A stretch of DNA of 64,000 nt from Nemertoderma westbladi. Lineage: Eukaryota > Animalia > Xenacoelomorpha. Below are positions 49,495-61,800 of the stretch, in pieces (the stretch's first letter is position 1; every line of letters starts with the position of its first letter). A program made the translations under genes and the position numbers. Below the pieces are notes generated by a model. It had not been told where the DNA came from and ran no database searches. It saw nothing but the letters and a program-made list of their open reading frames with translations. Location: contig JAUCBJ010001674.1 of the NCBI GenBank assembly GCA_032718475.1, forward strand, positions 21,368 to 85,367. Direction: 5' to 3'.

Positions 49495-49962
49495 TTATCG
49501 TTTCCCTGAGACTTTTGAGTTCTTTGAACGGGTCCGTTTTCTTCCCCTAGAGTTTGATTGCGCACACAGACAGTTACTTATTTCTACCTTGCTGGTCCCT
49601 GATAAAGTTTCCCTTATCCCGGCTTCCGGACTATCACTTTCACGCCGATACGCTTTGGGTGTGCAGTAACCTGTACTTAGTGCAACCATCCATTTGTAGA
49701 CTTGATTGAAGTGCCTTTTCGAGAGATGCGGTCCGCAAACTCTATACATAAATCCCGCAAACTGTGTGTAATCCCCCTTGAGGTCCAAGTAGCGTTTTAT
49801 GAGCTGATTCGTCTTTGTTATTCCCTTCCTTTCCATCCGCTGGCAGAAAATCGGACCAATACCAGGTACCTTGATGAGTTTGGTTTTGTAAATCTTTGAC
49901 ATCCCTGTTGCTCCATAATCCAACTCCTTTTTCGTGGATTTGGTTCGCTTTGTTCTACCCAT
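49495..49962 (-). CDS. BAF-like protein, copy 2 (155 aa; one K>N change vs copy 1)
   Basis: Same evidence as copy 1. Confidence 0.75.
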   Translation of the reverse strand: MGRTKRTKSTKKELDYGATGMSKIYKTKLIKVPGIGPIFCQRMERKGITKTNQLIKRYLDLKGDYTQFAGFMYRVCGPHLSKRHFNQVYKWMVALSTGYCTPKAYRRESDSPEAGIRETLSGTSKVEISNCLCAQSNSRGRKRTRSKNSKVSGKR

Positions 49963-51698
49963 TTTGAATTGAACGATTTGAGTTTATGAAATGAATTTGA
50001 ACTGGTTATATCCCATGAGATGCTACGATTTTGATGTTACTTACACTGCTAGACTAACTACAACCGCATAAGTGAACTAAATCTACCTACATTTTCCGTA
50101 TATTCCAGAATATTACAGCTAGAGCTACCACGGATACACTTTAAAATAAAATAAATATTCAAGATGAAAGCCAAAAAAACATTAGAATTATATATTGTTG
50201 AGGGTTTTCCTGAAAGTAACGAAATTCTACTCCGGACCGACTTTAAATGCAAATGCAATACGATTTTCGGTCCCACGAGGTTGTGTTCCAGATGGTCGAT
50301 TCTCGTAGAGAATTTTTCGGGCTATCTAGTGGTATATAACACTAATCTTCTATCGTTTTCCATTTTGGAATAATTTTACGAAAACTAAAGGGTAATCGCT
50401 CATAATTTGTTCAAAACGAGTTCAGAGTTCAAAACGACACCAGACATCCATTCATATTTCTGTCTCTCTGTCTGTCAAACATTAAGAAAGAATACAGGCT
50501 AACTAAAATTCTCGCTATAGAGGTTTTTTGTGTTCGTGATTTCAATTAAGATGTTAGTTTTAACAATTCATGGAATCTATACAGCCTGTCCGTCTGTCTA
50601 TCTGTCCGTCTTTTTGTCAGACTGTCCGTCTAACATTAAGAAAACATACTATCTAACTAAAATTCTCGCTTTGGGGGTTTCTCGGGTTTGTGATTTCATT
50701 TCTGATGTCAGTTTTCACATTTCACGAAATCTAGACTGTCTGTCCGCCTGTCTGACTGTCCGTCATTTTGCCAATCCGTCGGTCATTAGATATTTGCGAA
50801 CAAAGGATTGCGTCTACGTGGTTTAAATTTTAATTTTCGGATTCCTCGTAAAAGTTTGAGTCAGAAATTGTCGAACTAGCCCATAGGGTGTTGCAAGAAT
50901 AAAAATAAACATATCATAAAACCTTAAATGCGTTTTTCTCTGGACGCCTTTTTTTGATACTATACGTTTCTACTTGACACGCCACATATTTTGGTTTCGG
51001 TGACTCGCAACTAGAAGCTCCGATTTTTCAACACCAAAACACAGAAATGGTCCCCTAATCCAATCTTTACCGAAATAAAAAACAAACCCTCTAAAAATCA
51101 ATTTCCCCAAATTAAATGCATATTCCCCCAAACTATATACACACTTAAAACCAAATATAACGTTAGAATTTATTAAATGGTTTTTAAACAAAACGCAAAT
51201 TCATCCGGCTCTGTGAAAAGACTGTGAACAACTTCAAGGCGTGGGATAAAGTGCCTCAATGAATTTTTAATGTAATACATAATCTAATCCACTCTGGTCT
51301 ATAGTCACTAGTCAGCCTTAGTAACCCGGCCCAACAACCAACTGCAATCAATAGGTTAACGTAATATGTTGGTCAATAGAAACCAGTGCATTGACTCTCT
51401 TTTTGAGACGCAAATTCAAATAATTCTAATGTTTTTCACTTAATTCTAGAATATTAATTACGCGTAATAATGAAGAAACAATATAAGAATTTTAAACGAT
51501 CAGCTAAGTGTATTACTGAAGTGTAATACAGTAATGTATACAATTTGTCACTACATACATCTAATCTAATCTGCTGTATGTCTAAATATTGTTATAAAGA
51601 TAATTATTAATAGTTTTGATTTGAGTTGATTTGATTTGCTTTTCTACGTCTATCTGTTTGGTTTCCTTTACATCAGTTCGACTTTGAATAGTTAAGTT

Positions 51699-52166
51699 TT
51701 ATCGTTTCCCTGAGAATTTTGAGTTCTTTGAACGGGTCCGTTTTCTTCCCGTAGACTTTGATTGCGCACACAGACAGTTACTTATTTCTACCTTGCTGGT
51801 CCCTGATAAAGTTTCCCTTATCCCGGTTTCAGGACTATCACTTTCACGCCGATACGCTTTGGGTGTGCAGTAACCTGTACTTAGTGCAACCATCCATTTG
51901 TAGACTTGATTGAAGTGCCTTTTCGAGAGATGCGGTCCGCAAACTCTATACATAAATCCCGCAAACTGTGTGTAATCCCCCTTGAGGTCCAAGTAGCGTT
52001 TTATGAGCTGATTCGTCTTTGTTATTCCCTTCCTTTCCATCCGCTGGCAGAAAATCGGACCAACACCAGGTACCTTGATGAGTTTGGTTTTGTAAATCTT
52101 TGACATCCCTGTTGCTCCATAATCCAACTCCTTTTTCGTGGATTTGGTTCGCTTTGTTCTACCCAT
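51699..52166 (-). CDS. BAF-like protein, copy 3 (155 aa; I>V, A>T, R>T, V>F vs copy 1)
   Basis: Same evidence as copy 1. Confidence 0.75.
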   Translation of the reverse strand: MGRTKRTKSTKKELDYGATGMSKIYKTKLIKVPGVGPIFCQRMERKGITKTNQLIKRYLDLKGDYTQFAGFMYRVCGPHLSKRHFNQVYKWMVALSTGYCTPKAYRRESDSPETGIRETLSGTSKVEISNCLCAQSKSTGRKRTRSKNSKFSGKR

Positions 52167-52699
52167 TTTGAATTGAAAGATTTGAGTTTATGAAATGAAT
52201 TTGAACTGATTATATCCCATGAGATGCTACGATTTTGATGTTACTTACACTACTAGACTAACTACAACCGCATAAGTGAACTAAATCTACCTACATTTTC
52301 CGTATATTCCAGAATATTACAGCTAGAGCTACCACGGATACACTTTAAAATAAAAATAAATATTCAAGATGAAAGCCAAAAAAACATTAGAATTATATAT
52401 TGTTGAGGGTTTTCCTGAAAGTAACGAAATTCTACTCCGGATCGACTTTAAATGCAAATGCAATACGATTTTTGGTCCCACAAGGTTGTGTTCCAGAACT
52501 CAATATTATTTCAATGGGAGCAGCCCCGGTTTCAAGTATAAATGAAGTTTTGTACAGTTAAATTAATTTTAAAAATTTATATATATTTAATTAATTTCAC
52601 CAAATACTGTAGGTATTTGATACTTAATTGTTAAAAATGCAAAAGATTATATTATGACTTATTAAAATTGAGTTAAAGGTAAAAATAAAATAAAATCGT

Positions 52700-54830
52700 T
52701 GGATAGGTACGCGCCCATTCGCTGATAAATTTCGTATTTTGAACGCAGTCCGAATTGTGGTATAATGTTGGTTGCAAATTGGCGACAAAGCTGGCAGATG
52801 CAGTCTAGTTAGGGGCGTGGGAGGTAGATGATGTACAAATCTTATGATGGTAGCCATGCACTGAAAACCTAGTGAATATGTGTCTGTTTCGCTGGATTGG
52901 TTCAGTCCATTTCCGGTCCGTAAATGCAATAGAGTTCCAAAAAGCTGTTGGTATTTCCCGTTCTTTAGAATGTACTACTTCATTGTATTTCTGAAATTGC
53001 CGCGTTGCAGTGAGGTTGATTTGTCTGGCAATGTCTCGAATTAAGTAAGGTCTTCTCGCAAATAGCTAGAACCGTTTGATTTGAGTGCATTTGTGGACTC
53101 CAATGACCTTCTTTAGGAAGCTGGATTTGATTTTATCTATTGCAGGTTGTTTGCGGACAGGTGGGGCCAGGTCTCTCGCAGTCTGTATATTATAATTGGC
53201 TGTACTTTTAGACGAAATAACGCCATTGCGGTTCTTAAGGAAAACATTTGTGGTTTTTTGATACAATGAGCAGTAGGGCGGTACGTTTTTTACTTTTTTT
53301 CGATTTCATTGTTCTACCGGTGCACAAAAGTTGCCAAATGGTATAAAATTAAAACAAAAAAAAATTCTCTAAATTTCATCGATATCTTGACGGATCCCAA
53401 GGGGGTTGAAATTTTAAGCCTTCGCGATGCACCACAATGAAATTTATAACAATATAACACATTGATGAAAGATCAATAACGCAAGAAAGAACTTCCTTCA
53501 TGCATCAAATGTCATCAAATGGTTCCAAACTTAGTTAGATACCAAAATTTTAAATTTTGGATCAAGGGAACTAGTGCCACAGGCACATGGCCATAACCTA
53601 CCCTTTGGCACTAGTGACGATTATTCTCAATTTTTGCGATGGCCAACTTTTAGTACTCCTACTGCATTAGTATTATGCTCATTAGAACCACAATTTTTAG
53701 TGGGGGTAGACACCTTCAAAACAAACGTAGAGCGAATAGTTCTTGAGACGTCGCAGAAAATATGAAGTCCGGCACAAGTCTACATTACCGCCATGAAGCG
53801 ATACACTAACAATGATACTTTGAATTATCTTAAGGCATCAAAAATATACACATCACTGCAACAAATTGATTTAGTGTATACTGGCACCTTCAAAATGAAA
53901 GAGTAGTCATTAGTTCACTATAGGTTTTGTACGAAATGTGTGGAATGGGTCAACTCAATCTCAATATCAAGTATCAATAAATTGGTGGACATAGTCTTGA
54001 CATTTTGTAAAATAATTCAAGAACTAATGACTCTACTCTTATTTTGAAGGTGTCTACACCCACTACATCGATCATTTTCTGTGATGTGTCTATTCTTTAT
54101 TCCTTGAGATAATTCAAAATATCATTTTTAGTATATTTGTCCATATCGCATCAAGGCGGTAATGTAGACTTGTGCCGGACTCACATTTTCTGCGATATCT
54201 CAAGAACTATTCGCTCTAGGCTTGTTTTGATGGTCTCTACCCACACTAAATCGGTCATTGCGGTTCTAATGAGCATAATATTAAAGCAGTAGGAGAACTA
54301 AAAGTTGGCCATCGCGAAAATTGAGAATAATCGTCACTTGCGCCAAAGGGTAGGTTCTGGCCATGTGCCTGTGGCACTAGTTCCCTTGATCCAAAAATCA
54401 AAATTTTGGTTTCTAACTAAGTTTGGAACCATTTGATGCATGCAGGAAGTTATTTCTTGAGTCATTGATCTTTCATCAATGTGTTATATACTGTAGTTAT
54501 AAATTTCATTATGGTGCATCGCGATGGCTCAAAATTTCAACTCTCTTGGGATCCGTGAAAATATTGACAAAATTTATAGAAATTTTGTTGCCTTAATTTT
54601 TTACCACTTGCCAACTTTTGTGCACCGGTAGAACAATGAAATCGAAAAAAAAAGTAAAAAACGCACCGCCCTAATGAGCAGCCTTTAGCGCTTTGCAAGT
54701 GGTTTCAGTTAATATGCTTTATAAAGGTCATGGTCAGTGTTGTTTGGAACGTGACACCTAAATATTTACAAGAGTTAGTTATAGCTACTTCCTGACCATT
54801 GTAGACGAACTTATGCGAGAGACACGTAGT
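52700..54830 (-). pseudogene. Degenerate 3' fragment of a second non-LTR retrotransposon (RT thumb and Cys/His C-terminal motif), split by the MITE at 53274-54673
   Basis: Frames pieced across stops and shifts give KFVYNGQEVAITNSCKYLGVTF, AMALFRLKVQPIIIY..W, IDKIKSSFLKKVIGV and TRFSVHGYHHKIC..H.P..DCICQLC. Clade not assigned. Confidence 0.65.
53274..54673. mobile_element. Foldback MITE (1400 bp, about 640-bp inverted arms), hAT-like; 8-bp TSD ATGAGCAG
   Basis: Ends TAGGGCGG...CCGCCCTA; TSD at 53266-53273 and 54674-54681. The arms match as diverged inverted repeats to about 53917 and 54021. Confidence 0.9.
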
Positions 54831-55340
54831 CAGTGAGCCTTGGCATACGGTTCATATAGGGCAAATGGGGCATGTCCGTCTGTCTGTCCGTCTGTCTGGT
54901 AAATGTATGAACGCGAATTTCTCGGCATCGCTGATTCGAAATTGAACCAAACTTTGTAGGTAAGTAGTAGAGGGAAAGTTTAGAAAATTTCTAAAGTTTG
55001 GTGAAAAATCATGCAGTCTGACGTCAGCTACGACATATATGTGGTTTTTAGAAAATGTTAAATTTCTCGGGAACGCCTCATTTTCCAGAGCAGAAATTTT
55101 GGTTGCTTGTAGAGAATCATAAAGTCTATCTTTTACGAAATTAAAAAGTTAAGACATTTAATTGGGGATCGGCTAGAGACTCCAAAGTACAATCACTGAT
55201 TTAGCTGAAACGTACTTGTCAGATATGTGCTAGAACACGTCCGATGTGTTTGCCGGGCTAGGAATCAGTCCAACCAGTTCCACCTCGCCATCATTCCGGC
55301 AAGGTGTAATTCTATAGGACATGCAATAGTGCTAGGCCCT
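54830..55340 (+). mobile_element. Possible Helentron/DINE-like non-autonomous element
   Basis: GTCCGTCTGTCTGTCCGTCTGTCTG microsatellite followed by AACGCGAATTTCTC...GAACCAAACTTTG, an architecture typical of such elements; ends not resolved. Confidence 0.35.
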
Positions 55341-55500
55341 AGAGTAATAAGACAGCTTGCTTATTGTTTATCTCGCAAAATGATTGGCTGAGTATTTAAG
55401 GGAGATTCTTTAGAATAAATATAGCTAAATAATTTTGTTGTGACATTGACATGGTAAATTAAATTTTCAGTATCAATACTAAAACGGCATAAGGTAAGTT

Positions 55501-55866
55501 AGGCCCCCCTCACACGGAGCAACTTGTTTCTGCAACTTGTTTCTGAAACTTGTTGCTGGACCCCCTCACACACAGAAACATGTTGCTGCAACTTGTTTCC
55601 GAAACTTGTTGCTGGGCCCCCTCACACACAGAAATAAGTTGCGGAAACAAGTTGCAGAAACTTGTTGCTGGGCCCCCTCACACACAGAAACAAGTTTCGG
55701 AAACAAGTTGCAGCAACTTGTTTCTGTGTGTGAGGGGGCCCAGCAACAAGTTTCGGAAACAAGTTGCAGCAACTTGTTTCTGTGTGTGAGGGGGCCCAGC
55801 AACAAGTTTCGGAAACAAGTTGCAGCAACATGTTTCTGTGTGTGAGGGGGTCCAGCAACAAGTTTC
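55501..55866. mobile_element. Palindromic PIF/Harbinger-like MITE body built of 56-bp subunits; left TIR (A)GGCCCCCCTCACACGGAGCAACTTGTTTC
   Basis: Mirror symmetry about position 55706, including shared variants (GACCCC, AAACATG). GGCC...CACAC terminus preceded by TTA. The right TIR sequence is the unit of the adjacent array. Confidence 0.7.
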
Positions 55867-58800
55867 TCCGTGTGAGGAGAAACAAGTTGCTCCGTGTGAG
55901 GAGAAACAAGTTGCTCCGTGTGGGGAGAAACAAGTTGCTCCGTGTGAGGAGAAACAAGTTGCTCCGTGTGAGGAGAAACAAGTTGCTCCGTGTGAGGAGA
56001 AACAAGTTGCTCCGTGTGAGGGGAAACAAGTTGCTCCGTGTGAGGAGAAACAAGTTGCTCCGTGTGAGGAGAAACAAGTTGCTCCGTGTGAGGAGAAACA
56101 AGTTGCTCCGTGTGAGGAGAAACAAGTTGCTCCGTGTGAGGAGAAACAAGTGGCTCCGTGTGAGGAGAAACAAGTTGCTCCGTGTGAGGAGAAACAAGTT
56201 GCTCCGTGTGAGGAGAAACAAGTTGCTCCGTGTGAGGAGAAACAAGTTGCTCCGTGTGAGGAGAAACAAGTTGCTCCGTGTGAGGAGAAACAAGTTGCTC
56301 CGTGTGAGGGGAAACAAGTTGCTCCGTGTGAGGAGAAACAAGTTGCTCCGTGTGAGGAGAAACAAGTTGCTCCGTGTGAGGAGAAACAAGTTGCTCCGTG
56401 TGAGGAGAAACAAGTTGCTCCGTGTGAGGAGAAACAAGTTGCTCCGTGTGAGGAGAAACAAGTTGCTCCGTGTGAGGAGAAACAAGTTGCTCCGTGTGAG
56501 GAGAAACAAGTTGCTCCGTGTGAGGAGAAACAAGTTGCTCCGTGTGAGGAGAAACAAGTTGCTCCGTGTGAGGAGAAACAAGTTGCTCCGTGTGAGGAGA
56601 AACAAGTTGCTCCGTGTGAGGAGAAACAAGTTGCTCCGTGTGAGGAGAAACAAGTTGCTCCGTGTGAGGAGAAACAAGTTGCTCCGTGTGAGGAGAAACA
56701 AGTTGCTCCGTGTGAGGAGAAACAAGTTGCTCCGTGTGAGGAGAAACAAGTTGCTCCGTGTGAGGAGAAACAAGTTGCTCCGTGTGAGGAGAAACAAGTT
56801 GCTCCGTGTGAGGAGAAACAAGTTGCTCCGTGTGAGGAGAAACAAGTTGCTCCGTGTGAGGAGAAACAAGTTGCTCCGTGTGAGGAGAAACAAGTTGCTC
56901 CGTGTGAGGAGAAACAAGTTGCTCCGTGTGAGGAGAAACAAGTTGCTCCGTGTGAGGAGAAACAAGTTGCTCCGTGTGAGGAGAAACAAGTTGCTCCGTG
57001 TGAGGAGAAACAAGTTGCTCCGTGTGAGGAGAAACAAGTTGCTCCGTGTGAGGAGAAACAAGTTGCTCCGTGTGAGGAGAAACAAGTTGCTCCGTGTGAG
57101 GAGAAACAAGTTGCTCCGTGTGAGGAGAAACAAGTTGCTCCGTGTGAGGAGAAACAAGTTGCTCCGTGTGAGGGGGGCCTTTCAGAAACAAGTTGCTCCG
57201 TGTGAGGAGAAACAAGGGCTCCGTGTGAGGAGAAACAAGTTGCTCCGTGTGAGGAGAAACAAGTTGCTCCGTGTGAGGAGAAACAAGTTGCTCCGTGTGA
57301 GGAGAAACAAGTTGCTCCGTGTGAGGAGAAACAAGTTGCTCCGTGTGAGGAGAAACAAGTTGCTCCGTGTGAGGAGAAACAAGTTGCTCCGTGTGAGGAG
57401 AAACAAGTTGCTCCGTGTGAGGAGAAACAAGTTGCTCCGTGTGAGGGGAAACAAGTTGCTCCGTGTGAGGGGGGCCTTTCAGAAACAAGTTGCTCCGTGT
57501 GAGGAGAAACAAGGGCTCCGTGTGAGGAGAAACAAGTTGCTCCGTGTGAGGAGAAACAAGTTGCTCCGTGTGAGGAGAAACAAGTTGCTCCGTGTGAGGA
57601 GAAACAAGTTGCTCCGTGTGAGGAGAAACAAGTTGTTCCGTGTGAGGGGGGCCTTTCAGAAACAAGTTGCTCCGTGTGAGGATAAACAAGTTGCTCCGTG
57701 TGAGGAGAAACAAGTTGCTCCGTGTGAGGGGGGCCTTTCAGAAACAAGTTGCTCCGTGTGAGGATAAACAAGTTGCTCCGTGTGAGGAGAAACAAGTTGC
57801 TCCGTGTGAGGGGGGCCTTTCAGAAACAAGTTGCTCCGTGTGAGGAGAAACAAGTTGCTCCGTGTGAGGAGAAACAAGTTGCTCCGTGTGAGGAGAAACA
57901 AGTTGCTCCGTGTGAGGAGAAACAAGTTGTTCCGTGTGAGGGGGGCCTTTCAGAAACAAGTTGCTCCGTGTGAGGATAAACAAGTTGCTCCGTGTGAGGA
58001 GAAACAAGTTGCTCCGTGTGAGGAGAAACAAGTTGCTCCGTGTGAGGAGAAACAAGTTGCTCCGTGTGAGGAGAAACAAGTTGCTCCGTGTGAGGAGAAA
58101 CAAGTTGCTCCGTGTGAGGAGAAACAAGTTGCTCCGTGTGAGGAGAAACAAGTTGCTCTGTGTGAGGAGAAACAAGGGCTCCGTGTGAGGAGAAACAAGT
58201 TGCTCCGTGTGAGGGGGGCCTTTCAGAAACAAGTTGCTCCGTGTGAGGAGAAACAAGTTGCTCCGTGTGAGGAGAAACAAGTTGCTCCGTGTGAGGAGAA
58301 ACAAGTTGCTCCGTGTGAGGAGAAACAAGTTGCTCCGTGTGAGGAGAAACAAGTTGCTCCGTGTGAGGGGAAACAAGTTGCTCCGTGTGAGGAGAAACAA
58401 GTTGCTCCGTGTGAGGAGAAACAAGTTGCTCCGTGTGAGGGGAAACAAGTTGCTCCGTGTGAGGAGAAACAAGTTGCTCCGTGTGAGGAGAAACAAGTTG
58501 CTCCGTGTGAGGGGGGCCTTTCAGAAACAAGTTGCTCCGTGTGAGGAGAAACAAGTTGCTCCGTGTGAGGAGAAACAAGTTGCTCCGTGTGAGGAGAAAC
58601 AAGTTGCTCCGTGTGAGGAGAAACAAGTTGCTCCGTGTGAGGAGAAACAAGTTGCTCCGTGTGAGGAGAAACAAGTTGCTCCGTGTGAGGAGAAACAAGT
58701 TGCTCCGTGTGAGGGGGGCCTTTCAGAAACAAGTTGCTCCGTGTGAGGAGAAACAAGTTGCTCCGTGTGAGGAGAAACAAGTTGCTCCGTGTGAGGAGAA

Positions 58801-61800
58801 ACAAGTTGCTCCGTGTGAGGAGAAACAAGTTGCTCCGTGTGAGGGGGGCCTTTCAGAAACAAGTTGCTCCGTGTGAGGAGAAACAAGTTGCTCCGTGTGA
58901 GGAGAAACAAGTTGCTCCGTGTGAGGGGTGCCTTTCAGAAACAAGTTGCTCCGTGTGAGGAGAAACAAGTTGCTCCGTGTGAGGAGAAACAAGTTGCTCC
59001 GTGTGAGGAGAAACAAGTTGCTCCGTGTGAGGAGAAACAAGTGCTCCGTGTGAGGAGAAACAAGTTGCTCCGTGTGAGGAGAAACAAGTTGCTCCGTGTG
59101 AGGAGAAACAAGTTGCTCCGTGTGAGGAGAAACAAGTTGCTCCGTGTGAGGAGAAACAAGTTGCTCCGTGTGAGGGGAAACAAGTTGCTCCGTGTGAGGA
59201 GAAACAAGTTTCTCCGTGTGGGGAGAAACAAGTTGCTCCGTGTGAGGAGAAACAAGTTGCTCCGTGTGAGGAGAAACAAGTTGCTCCGTGTGAGGAGAAA
59301 CAAGTTGCTCCGTGTGAGGAGAAACAAGTTGCTCCGTGTGAGGAGAAACAAGTTGCTCCGTGTGAGGGGAAACAAGTTGCTCCGTGTGAGGAGAAACAAG
59401 TTGCTCCGTGTGAGGAGAAACAAGTTGCTCCGTGTGAGGAGAAACAAGTTGCTCCGTGTGAGGGGAAACAAGTTGCTCCGTGTGAGGGGAAACAAGTTGC
59501 TCCGTGTGAGGGGAAACAAGTTGCTCCGTGTGAGGAGAAACAAGTTGCTCCGTGTGAGGAGAAACAAGTTGCTCCGTGTGAGGAGAAACAAGTTGCTCCG
59601 TGTGAGGGGAAACAAGTTGCTCCGTGTGAGGGGAAACAAGTTGCTCCGTGTGAGGAGAAACAAGTTGCTCCGTGTGAGGAGAAACAAGTTGCTCCGTGTG
59701 AGGAGAAACAAGTTGCTCCGTGTGAGGAGAAACAAGTTGCTCCGTGTGAGGAGAAACAAGTTGCTCCGTGTGAGGAGAAACAAGTTGCTCCGTGTGAGGA
59801 GAAACAAGTTGCTCCGTGTGAGGAGAAACAAGTTGCTCCGTGTGAGGAGAAACAAGTTGCTCCGTGTGAGGAGAAACAAGTTGCTCCGTGTGAGGAGAAA
59901 CAAGTTGCTCCGTGTGAGGAGAAACAAGTTGCTCCGTGTGAGGAGAAACAAGTTGCTCCGTGTGAGGAGAAACAAGTTGCTCCGTGTGAGGAGAAACAAG
60001 TTGCTCCGTGTGAGGAGAAACAAGTTGCTCCGTGTGAGGAGAAACAAGTTGCTCCGTGTGAGGAGAAACAAGTTGCTCCGTGTGAGGAGAAACAAGTTGC
60101 TCCGTGTGAGGAGAAACAAGTTGCTCCGTGTGAGGAGAAACAAGTTGCTCCGTGTGAGGAGAAACAAGTTGCTCCGTGTGAGGAGAAACAAGTTGCTCCG
60201 TGTGAGGAGAAACAAGTTGCTCCGTGTGAGGAGAAACAAGTTGCTCCGTGTGAGGAGAAACAAGTTGCTCCGTGTGAGGAGAAACAAGTTGCTCCGTGTG
60301 AGGAGAAACAAGTTGCTCCGTGTGAGGAGAAACAAGTTGCTCCGTGTGAGGAGAAACAAGTTGCTCCGTGTGAGGAGAAACAAGTTGCTCCGTGTGAGGA
60401 GAAACAAGTTGCTCCGTGTGAGGAGAAACAAGTTGCTCCGTGTGAGGAGAAACAAGTTGCTCCGTGTGAGGAGAAACAAGTTGCTCCGTGTGAGGAGAAA
60501 CAAGTTGCTCCGTGTGAGGAGAAACAAGTTGCTCCGTGTGAGGAGAAACAAGTTGCTCCGTGTGAGGAGAAACAAGTTGCTCCGTGTGAGGAGAAACAAG
60601 TTGCTCCGTGTGAGGAGAAACAAGTTGCTCCGTGTGAGGAGAAACAAGTTGCTCCGTGTGAGGAGAAACAAGTTGCTCCGTGTGAGGAGAAACAAGTTGC
60701 TCCGTGTGAGGAGAAACAAGTTGCTCCGTGTGAGGAGAAACAAGTTGCTCCGTGTGAGGAGAAACAAGTTGCTCCGTGTGAGGAGAAACAAGTTGCTCCG
60801 TGTGAGGAGAAACAAGTTGCTCCGTGTGAGGGGAAACAAGTTGCTCCGTGTGAGGGGGCCTTCAGAAACAAGTTGCTCCGTGTGAGGAGAAACAAGTGGC
60901 TCCGTGTGAGGAGAAACAAGTTGCTCCGTGTGAGGAGAAACAAGTTGCTCCGTGTGAGGAGAAACAAGTTGCTCCGTGTGAGGAGAAACAAGTTGCTCCG
61001 TGTGAGGAGAAACAAGTTGCTCCGTGTGAGGAGAAACAAGTTGCTCCGTGTGAGGAGAAACAAGTTGCTCCGTGTGAGGAGAAACAAGTTGCTCCGTGTG
61101 AGGAGAAACAAGTTGCTCCGTGTGAGGAGAAACAAGTTGCTCCGTGTGAGGGGGCCTTTCAGAAACAAGTTGCTCCGTGTGAGGAGAAACAAGTGCTCCG
61201 TGTGAGGAGAAACAAGTTGCTCCGTGTGAGGAGAAACAAGTTGCTCCGTGTGAGGAGAAACAAGTTGCTCCGTGTGAGGAGAAACAAGTTGCTCCGTGTG
61301 AGGAGAAACAAGTTGCTCCGTGTGAGGAGAAACAAGTTGCTCCGTGTGAGGGGGGCCTTTCAGAAACAAGTTGCTCCGTGTGAGGAGAAACAAGTTGCTC
61401 CGTGTGAGGAGAAACAAGTTGCTCCGTGTGAGGGGGCCTTTCAGAAACAAGTTGCTCCGTGTGAGGAGAAACAAGTTGCTCCGTGTGAGGAGAAACAAGT
61501 TGCTCCGTGTGAGGAGAAACAAGTTGCTCCGTGTGAGGAGAAACAAGTTGCTCCGTGTGAGGGGGGCCTTTCAGAAACAAGTTGCTCCGTGTGAGGAGAA
61601 ACAAGTTGCTCCGTGTGAGGAGAAACAAGTTGCTCCGTGTGAGGAGAAACAAGTTGCTCCGTGTGAGGAGAAACAAGTTGCTCCGTGTGAGGAGAAACAA
61701 GTTGCTCCGTGTGAGGAGAAACAAGTTGCTCCGTGTGAGGAGAAACAAGTTGCTCCGTGTGAGGAGAAACAAGTTGCTCCGTGTGAGGAGAAACAAGTTG

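Larger units (their letters stand above)
46631..52497. repeat. Tandem segmental triplication carrying the BAF-like gene (periods 2710 and 2204 bp; third unit partial)
   Basis: Near-identical ORFs and flanks at 46785, 49495 and 51699. The period difference is explained mostly by the element at 48479-48977. Confidence 0.95.
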
